From the NCBI GenBank assembly GCA_040357565.1, contig JBDODJ010000051.1: a DNA stretch of 64,000 nucleotides; one strand, 5' to 3'. The position numbers and the translations under genes are program-made. The number at the start of each line of letters is the position of its first letter. Position 1 is the stretch's first letter. Below the pieces are notes generated by a model. It was given only the letters and a program-made list of their open reading frames with translations, ran no database searches and had not been told where the DNA came from. Source of the DNA: Cercozoa sp. M6MM. Lineage: Eukaryota > Protista > Endomyxa: Ascetosporea. Of this stretch, positions 33,653 through 43,822 are shown piece by piece.

Positions 33653-34801
33653 GCGTTGCTGTAGTGTGCTAGTGAAGCTTTACAGCGCTAGAAGTTTCAA
33701 ACTTTAGTCAGTCCGAGCATTTCTTCCCTTCAGAGAAACGCTGAAGGGGGAGGGGTGCCTTCTGTCGGTCGACTTAAAAATACTTATTAAATGCCCTCCC
33801 TCCGTCGTTTATTATACAGCAACAGTCAGTTACCGTCGGCTATTTTAGTACGCAAGCTTGTACGCGATTAATGTGGCAAAGGTCAGCAACGAGAGGACGT
33901 GAAAGCCGACATCTGAAAGGAAGCACACCAAGGAGGCAGCTATATCAGCCATAAATATAAGAACAATATTTTACATACCAATCAACGCTGCAGTGCAGTG
34001 GTTTTTTCGGTCGCGCATCGGCCAAATTGCATCAACGAACTTGAAAGCAACGTCGACGACTGCGAATCCTCCCGCGAGAGCAAACGGCGATGCCGTCGTT
34101 GAGGCAGCCTGCCCGGAACGCAGTTTTTAATTTAAAGACAATTTGTTGCAGTTTAAAGTGTTTTACTGTGACAGCGAACGCCTGGAACGCCACTGCATGA
34201 GCGACAAGAGTGCAAATATTGTTCTTCTTGCGGTACATGTGCCGAATCTTCAGTTTTTCCGGGCTCTGTTTTCAGTATCCACTTTGATCTCATATCTACG
34301 TTTTTAACCATCCACTTGAAACTGAAGGGAGCCTACGTGAGCTGCGCGGTGCCAAGCATTGTGAAGCAGCAAGTGATACCAAACATACGCAATGCCCATC
34401 GTGCATGTCGGAGCAACCAAGAATCCTACGCATCGCAATCACCGATATCTAGAAGACTGTGATGCAGTTTAAGTTTTGCTTTTCAGTTGCTAAACTGAAA
34501 GCGATAAATTTACTGTACATTTACCGGGAAGAGGGAGCAGAGACGACATTCTCGAGATTTACTGGAGAGATGGTGTACTGTTCGGGACTGCAACGCGAGA
34601 GTCAGCGTTAAATGCTACCATTCAGTTTCAACAGCCTTGTTTACTAGTTTTTTTATATTTCCACTCCAGGTGTGCAAGACGGGGTTGGCACGTCGTTGAT
34701 CTCGCTGGAAACCGAATAAAGCAATTTTAATGACAAACATGAAATTGAATTAAAGAGTTTTGGAATGCAGATTATCCTAAGGGCTTGAAGGTGATTGCTT
34801 T

Positions 34802-35007
34802 CTCCTGGGAGGTTTCATAAAAGCTCAATTCAATTGTTTCTCCTGGGAGGTTTTCGTGCAATATGCTCGATGAATTTCACATTAGCCCATCTCGAAACTG
34901 TCGATGACATGCGAGGTTGGTGATTTGTTGAGATATCGCGAGTATTTAATCGAAGAAATAGCGATGTTGATTTAAATTTAAAGCTCTCATGAAAAACCTC
35001 CCTGGAG
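34802..35007. mobile_element. MITE-like relic with ~30-bp imperfect terminal inverted repeats
   Basis: Left end ctcctgggaggtttcataaaagctcaatt; reverse complement of right end ctccagggaggtttttcatgagagctttaaatt. Extra direct copy of ttctcctgggaggttt at ~34838. No clear TSD. Confidence 0.45.
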
Positions 35008-35409
35008 TTGAACCAGTGCGGCAGTTTGGTCAGTTGGAGAGAAACGTTGCGGAAGTCTCCGCCAGACGTACCACAACTGACGCTAAAGCGTGTGCTAGGA
35101 GAACCCACTCAGACGTTGGCTTGGAATATTGTTTGCAATCGCGACTCAGTTTCACTTCGGTTCTTCGGGAGCTTTTCTTCTTGAATTACGGAGTTTGTGC
35201 GATATCCGAATCGTGAAAGGAGGACAGAAATCCGGCGATCTTTGAACGGTCAGTTAGTGTGACAACGACAAAGCGACTGTCTCTCGTCTGGCTCCAAAGT
35301 GGTACCCCCTGAAACATCCAGTTTTTACCAGTGAGTTTCGCGAAACGGCGGTTTCAGACTCAACTTGAACTGACACAGCTTGGGTGAGAGGGTATGGGAT
35401 TGGTGTAGA

Positions 35410-38400
35410 ATGCTGCTCATACTCTCGTTGCTGCTGGTGCATACAGCACAGGCGCAGTCATGCAACTGTGCCGACACGTGTGCAATTCGCACGGACAATG
35501 TGATGATCCCGACGCACTCAGCGACGTGCCTTGTCGATGCTGGTTGTGCTGAAGGCACCGCGCTGCCCAACGGGTCCAGCTGGCGCTTTTGCGGTGTCTA
35601 AGCCTCTAAACTTCCTTGAGTTCTGGCATAAGCCTATTTTTCGCTGGCAGGTCTAAGCGCGGACACTGAGCGTGCCGCGTGTGCCTGCAGTGATTCCTTT
35701 AGCGGACCGGCCGATGTATCCGAACGCGGCGCCTGCAGCACTCATGGTTTTGGCAATGATGAGGTAAACTTACTTCTTAGCTCAAGCCTAGACTAAGCTA
35801 AACTTGACAATAAATCAAACGAATTCATAATCTTACGACGACAAAGGCCGACTGGTGCTATGTCTGGGCACCCGGGCAGTGCAGCAGCGCGGCTTCGTCC
35901 GGTTGGCGAGCAGGTGCCGCCTGGCGCGAGGTAAATTTAGCTCACTTGAATGACTGTTACATTCTAACAAAGCAGTGATGTTTAGTGTGATCCGATACTG
36001 GAGCAACCTCCGGCTCAAGCTCATGACGGCGGCAACAATGGCAATGCCGACGATCCTGTAGTTTAGACTGCTTTCTGTCGATTATATTCTCATCATATCG
36101 AGTCAAGCATTGAATCCTGCCTTTTCCCAGTGTCGTTGCGTCTCGCAATCGGACCCTGTGGCCAATGGAATTCTCCTACAGCAACGCTTGGGTACAAAGA
36201 AAATTGAGATTATATCAGTATCAAAAGATAGGGTTGGTTTTGGTACGTGCAGGATGCAACTCGCATGCTACGGGCACGCTGCCCTTCTGCTACGTGAAAG
36301 GCTCGGCCCAAGAGTGTCCGACTGCTGTCGCAAGTGCGTGGATTCAAGGTACTCTATTATGGTACCCCTACTTGTGAGATAAGCAAGTTCAATATTACTT
36401 TAGGCATTGCATGGCGCAACTGCAATCCTGCGATCGACAACGGTGGCAGCATCAGTACAACAACGGCAACAACGACAACAACGACAACAACAGCGACAAC
36501 AACAACTGCTGCTCCCGTCAGTTTACTTTTGAGTTATTCCCTTGGGAGGGGGTAATACTAAGCGTATACAGACAACACCTCCAACAAACGATGCCTGCAC
36601 GTGTTCCTCGGAGGCACAACCCTTTAGCAACGGAATCGACATTCGTCCGTACCCTTGTTTGACCCCCTGTTTCAAGTATACAACGGAAACACGTATTTGG
36701 TAGACGCGTGGGTTGTGCGAGTCACACAACAGGCGTGCTGCCCTTCTGCTACGTGCAAGGTACGCAGTGTGCCGCTGCTTCTGCCTCTGGGTGGAGACAG
36801 GGCACCTTCTGGCGCAACTGCGACCCTGCGGTGGACAATAATGGCGGCAACAACGGCGGCGGTAATAATGGAGGAGGCAATAATGGAGGAGGCAATAATG
36901 GTGGTGGTAGTAATGGAGGTAACTGCGACACGCGCTACCGTCGTCAGTGGCGTCGACTGTCGTCGCAGCAACAAATCGAAGTGGTCGACACAATTCGCGA
37001 CTTCCGACAGCGCGGCGATTGGGCTCGATTCCAGCGCATCCACGCCTCGCTCAACAACGCACTGCAAGCACACGGCACCTCGCTCTTCCTGCCGTGGCAC
37101 CGCTGGTTCGTGCACGAGTTCGAAAGCTCAGTTCGCAACCTCGACTCGCGATACGCTTGCTTCTCCATGCCTTACTGGGACTGGTACACCGTACGACACA
37201 CAAACAGAGACAATTACTTTCTCAATTCTCAATGAACTAATGAACTGCAAATAGGACTCTCGACGCAGGAAGTGAACAGTTCTCGCCGGTAAACTTTAGT
37301 TTTTGTTTGCTTTTAGTGCTTTAGTTTCGGCCAGAATTGACATGTGCGTCCAACTGCAGCTTTTCGCAAGCAGTGCTTTCGGCGGCAATTCATTCGGCGC
37401 ATGCTCTGTAAACAATGCTGTCAATGAAACGACATCTGTAAAGCACATACCATGCACGTACTCTTGATTGTAGACTGCCAGTTGGGCGGCAAGTCGCTGC
37501 GTAACACGCAACTTTAACAATGGCGTGCGTTTCGCCAGTGCCGGCGAGGTGGCCAATGTCATCACGCAGCAGACGCAGTGGCTCACGTTTGCACCTCGAG
37601 TCGAGTTGCAGCACAACCTGCCGCACGAGTTCATTGGTGGCGACATGTCGACTTTGTACCAATACCATCCAGGCTTTATTTCAAATCAATACTGATACAG
37701 TGCTTTCAACTGAGTAAACTGAATCCTGCTACTTCCAAATTGAGTGAGTAAATTGCTAATTCTCAGTGAATCGGCCAACGACGTTCTGTTCTTCTTGCAT
37801 CACTCGATGGTGGACATGCTGTTCGCACTGTGGCAGGTGTGTCACAGCTACGACGGGTTGGGTGGGCCCATTCTACTCTGTTGATTTAGTTAAACTACTA
37901 CACGGTGTAAAGTAAGTTTACATGTGGTTTTGTAGAACCGTCGCAACTGACGCAAACGCACTTTGCCGCCTCCTTCAACGGCGGCACTGACGATCGAATC
38001 GATCGCGCCATGCCCTTCGCTTCGACCGGTGGTGAGGCCGGTTTGCTCGAGGTGACTCCGCGAGACATGTGGCGCAACGACCGCGACCCGCTCCGCGTGG
38101 TCTACGAAGGCGGCGATCTGCTGCGACATGCCACCATCCAGCGCATCTGCGGCACGCGAGTGGCCTCCTCGCCCTTCTTTGATGTCGCTTCACTTGGTAA
38201 CACTGATCAATCTCTTTCAGTACTCACCTTTAACTGTGATTGTAACTTCCCAGGTGGACAAGTCTCGCGTGGTGAGGCACCCGAAATCGCTTTCTCACTC
38301 CGCTCAGTCGCAACTTTGTAAATTATCTCCTGCACTTTTTCGCTCTTTCCGTGGGCTTGTGTAAAATCAAACATGTGCACTTTCGGCAGTGAAACGGCGG

Positions 38401-38811
38401 CTGCGGCTACGTCATCAAGCGCTGAGATGGGAACGGTTGCTGCCATTCTGGCTCGCATCGACTGCAACGTTTTGGGCTCTGGTACCCTGCCTTTGTTTTC
38501 TTGTGAGTGAGTGGGAGGAATTGAAATTGGGTCCTTGAACAGAAGCTTTGATGTCGCTGAGTGAACATCGTGCTGCACTTATGCACATGACAAAGGAGGT
38601 ACACAAAATCACTGTACCTTTTTGAGGCTGTGATATGTACTGTACCTTGCAGGAAATGGACGCGATGCTGACTGAGCACTGTCGAAAAGACTCGACCGAG
38701 ATGCAGGTACTTGTCTCCGTTTGTCACTTATGATACCGTAATAGTCCACTTTAATCAACCCTGGTACTCTTGTAGAGCATCATGCGACGGACAATTGATC
38801 TTGTCGAATAA
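35410..38811 (+). CDS. Secreted tyrosinase (type-3 copper) with four N-terminal Cys-rich modules
   Basis: Signal peptide MLLILSLLLVHTAQA. CuA region RIH...AHGTSLFLPWHRWFVHEFE...MPYWDW. CuB region LQHNLPHEFIGGDMST|ESANDVLFFLHHSMVDMLFALWQVCHSYD. Stop TAA at 38809-38811. Confidence 0.92.
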
Positions 38812-39003
38812 ATTACAAACTGAACTGACGGAGTCAACTGACTTATCAACATGAAAGCTGGCATACTGTGAGACACCGGAATGACTAAACGCGTACCACG
38901 CGCCAGGGAGCACTTTATACTTCAAATTAACTGTGAACTTAAAGCTAGTATAGCTAGTACTAGTACCGACCTGTCCCGATAAACCGGGCCGACTCTAACT
39001 GCT

Positions 39004-40908
39004 TCAGTATAACGGCACGAGCTGCAGTGTAATCTGTAGCGTCGGTTCGAAGGGCGGTTCCAGTCCACGCGCGAAAGCATCTTCGTCGGTCAGACGACGC
39101 GTGAGTGTCTGAAAAGCTTCGTTGTCGCGATAAGTCCAAGTGCCCCAGTGGAACACGGCTTCGTGCGGTCTGCTGGGACTGATGATATGTAAGCAACCGT
39201 CGCTGCCTCCAACCACGAGTTGTCCTGCATCTGGGAGTGCGAGAACACAGCGAGCAGCCGACGGAGTCGTGATGCAATTGATGATGGCACCTGAGTCACC
39301 ATGCCACAGCGTCAAACCACGTCGACCGGTGCCCACGATGACGTTGTTGCAGTGACACAACTCGCGTGTCGACGGACTGCTCGTGCACCAGAAGGCAGAG
39401 TCCATCAGTTCACTTTCTTCCGAGTCGACATCACTGACTCGAGTGGTCTGAGCCATCGTCAATCGCTCCGCGAGGAAAGGATCATCGACGAAACCGCGCG
39501 AGTTGAGTGCTTCTGTCAGCTCGTGTCCGGTGTAGCCGTGATACCGAAACGCTTCGATCGCGGCAACGAAACGTCCTTCGCTGAGCAAACCTTTCGCCAG
39601 ATCGATTCCTTCTTCCTTCGCTGCTGCGCTTTCTTTTTTCTGAAAAACCGAGTATGACGCCATCAGTGCTGCTTTATTCAAGCAAAAGCACGAACTACCT
39701 TGTTCGGATCGCTTGACAGTTCAAACACGTGCGTGTGTGCCGAACGGAACGAGGCGATCACTTTGTCTCCTCTCTCCGAGAAGCATGCAAAGTCACATGA
39801 TGCTGCTGGACTGCTCAAACAAACGTGTTCGTTACCAGTAGGAGAGATAGTGCAAGGTACAGCTTGGGATATCGCGTGCGTCGCCGACCAAACCGATGGT
39901 GCCACGGCAGCAAAGTGCGACACGAGCTGCGACGCGAATCGAAAATGCGAACTGCGCCGTCATCAACAGCAGCAGCTATCTCAAAAGAGTGAGACGACGT
40001 TCGCACAGAGTTTATTGCTGCCTTTCGAAGTCTTCCTCCTGAGCAATTTCATTTTTTCCAACAACTTTCAGTTGCCCAAAATCAATCAGTCAGAAGTTAA
40101 AACGAGCGATTTTTGGGAAATTGAACAAAGCAAAACTAACCATTCTCAGACGCAGCAAAATGATTGACGACATTTTGATCTTCGGCATCGAAAATGGCCT
40201 CGATTCGTCCTGTTCTTCCATCCGCGCGGCTGAAGAAACTTGTTTGTTTGCAAACAACTTTGTCATGATAAGATAAATTTAAATTCACCAAACTGTTCCG
40301 TTGTCACATGCAAGAAGAACAACATTCTCATCAAAAGAAGTGATATCGTTGACCCTGCAGAAAACACAGTCGTTTGAGGTTTAAAGCTGTTTAAAGACCA
40401 GAAAACAAAATGCCCATCAGTTGCAGCTTTCCACTTGGTTAAAGTTCCCGTTTCGAGCTCTGTTTCGACACTAATAGGGCCTCTATCTTAGATCAAAACT
40501 GTTAAAATCAAAGACATACAGAATGCCATCGAAATCGCCACTGAGAACGGTAGTTTCGCGAAGAAAGTCAACTGCATCAACCCCATGCTCGTGCTACAAG
40601 AACCTGGAAGATACGAGAGATGTTTGATGCTGAGGCAAAAGACAATTTACGGCGGTGTTCAGCGTTCCAAGGTTTAAATGTCGTGTGTCCAATGCGTCTG
40701 AAACACTCAGTTTTCCGTCACTCGAAGCAGCGACTCTAGAAGACAGGACTTTTCGTTGCTCAAATCGACTCAGTTTTGGTGTTTTTACAACAGAGGCGCC
40801 GTGCGGCGATTCAGCGCCAGTCGGTTGATTTTGCCTCTGTGGACTCTGGCCGTGCGAGTCAAACACAGTCGCGCTGACCACTGGAGCAAACGGCTCAGCC
40901 CACAACAT
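39004..40908 (-). CDS. WD40-repeat protein with TPR-like helix, DCAF6/WDTC1-like
   Basis: WD segments HEHGVDAVDFLRETTVLSGDFDGIL, EIAAAVDDGAVRIFDSR, FSERGDKVIASFRSAHTHVFE; TPR-like AKGLLSEGRFVAAIEAF; C-terminal QLVVGGSDGCLHIISP. Confidence 0.65.
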
Positions 40909-40965
40909 CAAAAAGCACCTGGCTGGCACACGAAAAAGACAAATCACCCAGTCAGACGGCAGCGA

Positions 40966-42316
40966 ATGATCAAAACTGTCTCTTCGATTCAACATGCGTC
41001 TATTCTGAACTATTGTGCACAGTGTCACGTTAAACGAGCTATCGGCACGACGTCACTACTAAAATTACCACACAAGAGGTTGATTTACTTGACAACAAAA
41101 TTGTTTTCTCTATCGCAGGCTACAACTACAGGGCAGACGCTTCGTTGATGTGACACGCTTTGTTGGATAGACTTTATGTTTTTAAATGTCTTTTGGTCAC
41201 GAGAAGGACGTGCTGACGGAAATCTCACAAGTATTGCCAGTGGAGGGACGGTTTTGTGCACCATGCAGCGTCGAACTGGCGTGCCATGAGCCTCGCGACG
41301 CTGTACAACTTGCATTTTTCTTGATTTTTGCTATGCAGGTATAGGTTGATTTCTGCAGAGAAATCGCCTGCTCTACGCGCTTGTTGCTTCCACAATGTAC
41401 GTGATGATTTTTTCGAGACCACGTGGTATCAAAAATACGCTGCAACGTCTGCTGCAGAAAGCGAGGAGGCGACGTTTTGTGGCTAAATTTTGGCGAATTG
41501 AGTTTCAAACGCTTGTTTGACCTGATTGACGCGGACACCGACTTGCTCCAAGTAGCGTTTCTTGAAACCTTGAAACAACATTTGTGAAACTGAAGATCAG
41601 AAGCACTTGCACGTGATTCCTGTGCACTCGCTGCCTGCGGTAGTACCACATGACTCAAAGCGTCTGTGAATGTGACGTTTTACTTGCTTGAACAGGTTTG
41701 CGCAGTGTTGCGGCAATTGCGACAATATCTAAAAAATGAAAGCAGCGGACAAGCAGGCGTTTTCGCAGGCAGATTCCAGACACTTCGGCTTCTCGTTTTA
41801 GAGGTACTGACTTGAGGAAATTTTATACGAAACTGACGCGAATTTAAAATATCTGTTTTATGCAGGAGTTTTCGCCTGTGGCTCGTAACGCACGCAGCAT
41901 CGCGGTCGCTGCCGGGAAAACTGACGCGCGGCAACGCTTTCGAGGCGAAGAACTGGTTCTGGGTCTGCTAGCTGCACTCAGTCTGCGAATGTTTAGATGT
42001 GTTTAGGGCGACGATTTGCGAGCTTTGTTGTCGCAATTGCGTGCCCTTAACAGAGTGCCCGTAATCTTCACGACGACGATCCTCCAGCGAGACGAAGGTC
42101 ACCCTCTGGGTCCCACTTGGGACGCAATTGCACAGGTTCCATTACCACCAGTCTGCAGGTGTGTTATGGTGCATCTTTTTTGTACAGATTCGACTGCACG
42201 TGCGCGACTCAAGTAGACATGAGGGCGGAGTGGTCGTTTCTGTTGACACATCACCCTACCAGGCAAAAGGCACCAAGGTCCTGTTGGATGAAACCACACT
42301 CGGTCCTGAGCTCTAG
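40966..42316 (+). CDS. Divergent RecA/RAD51 paralogue (RAD51C/XRCC3-like), Walker A not recognisable
   Basis: Spliced: SVELACHEPRDA|VDFCREIACSTRLLLPQ|KRGGDVLWLNFGELSFKRLFDL, LHVIPVHSL, LRLLVLE, VPVIFTT, HPLGPTWDAIAQ|IRLHV, VDTSPYQ. This follows the order of RAD51-paralogue elements. Confidence 0.6.
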
Positions 42317-42588
42317 CTGTTCATCTTAATTAATTGTAACAACACGTAGCGCAGTACACAGCAGCTGGACCAGCTGCCAGTCTGCGCCTGCTGTCCTTTT
42401 TGTTCGGTGTTGGTCGTGCGTGATCTTTTCTGCTCCTGGACTACCGGTCCAGAGAATCCCACACTGCTGTAGTTCTGAGTTCTCGCGTGCCTGTGACCGT
42501 GTGTATGCAACAGTGCACGCATTAGAGACGCGTGTGCAGAGAAAAGAGCGAGTAGTGCATTTTGAAAGACCACTGAAACGCGTGCCGG

Positions 42589-43489
42589 ATGTTCCTTGTA
42601 GCGACGACTCTGTTGCTTGTTGTGCTGGCGTTGTTTGCGCCCGCGCGTGCTGCTTCCTGGTAAAATCTCGCTTAGAATGTTTCGCGTCGTCCGCGCGGAG
42701 CAAACAAGCTGGATCTTGACTAAAATAATTGCAATACACTTGTTCTGGTCTGCAGTGAGGAGCTCACTGCACTTTCGGAAAATGCCGGCAAGCTGGACCA
42801 AGTCGAGCTCTGGTAGGATTTTGCGGCTTTGCAACCTAGTTTCGTTTCGACTTTTGTTTTCGTGCTGTAGGCACCAACAAATGATCGGTGACTGTCTGAG
42901 TCGCTGCATCCAGAAGATGGAGGAAGATCGCGACGACAAGAAGACCTGCAAGTGCAAGGACGAGAAGGACGACTTTGACGATGTGTTCTTCAAGGAAGAT
43001 GCGAACGATGGTATGTTTTCATGTCCAAGATGTGCGTGCTTTTTCCGTTTTAACTTGATTAAGTGTTTCTATTGCAGACTGGCGATTCTACTGCGAGACG
43101 GCCAAGTTCACGACTTCTGGCAAGCGCGAGGTGCCGCTGTTCTGCTTGACGTGAGTTCTTCGCTGTTGCTTGTGAGTCAAAGTTTTGTTGTGTGCAGATC
43201 ACGCTCAAGTACTACCCTGTGGCTCTGCGCGAGTGCAACAGCATCGACTTGCGCGTGGAGCACTGCCGTGCCGCTAACATCCGCGCTGCGCTTGCCTCTG
43301 GCTCCAACATTGAGTACCCACAGTCACAACGCCTATGTAGTGATATTATCTGACTTGTTGTGTAGCCCGGAGGAGATTGAAATCAAGGATTGCAAGCCGA
43401 CCACCGTCGCTATCGTTTTCATCGTTATTGGTTCGCTCGTCGGTGTCGCACTCATCGGTCTTGGCGTCTACAAGTTCAAGAACAAGTGA
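42589..43489 (+). CDS. Small Cys-rich type I membrane protein (6 exons), unknown family
   Basis: MFLVATTLLLVVLALFAPARA signal, ~9 Cys ectodomain, TM VAIVFIVIGSLVGVALIGLGVY, tail KFKNK*. Codon bias resembles actin. Confidence 0.8.
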
Positions 43490-43822
43490 GTTGCATGCGA
43501 AGGTTCGAAACGTTCGGAACGACTGACTCCATTCGTCTCGTTTTTCCTTTTGCTGTACCGCACTAAGCCTTCACTTAGTTACGTTAGTTCGTTAGTTGAG
43601 TCTGTACGGAACCGACGCAACTCCTACGTCAGTTCCCAGCGCCACAGCGCAGCTAGGCGAGGGTGGGTCGAAAGTGCATGGCCATCTACCGCCAGCTATG
43701 GTAGGCCCGTCCAGCTCCCCTTTGACGTTCCCCAGACGACGGATTGATTCCGTAGTCGGTGCGTAGCGGGCTGTAGTTTGATAGTAACCTCGAATCAACA
43801 TACATCACCGGAAATATGTTTC

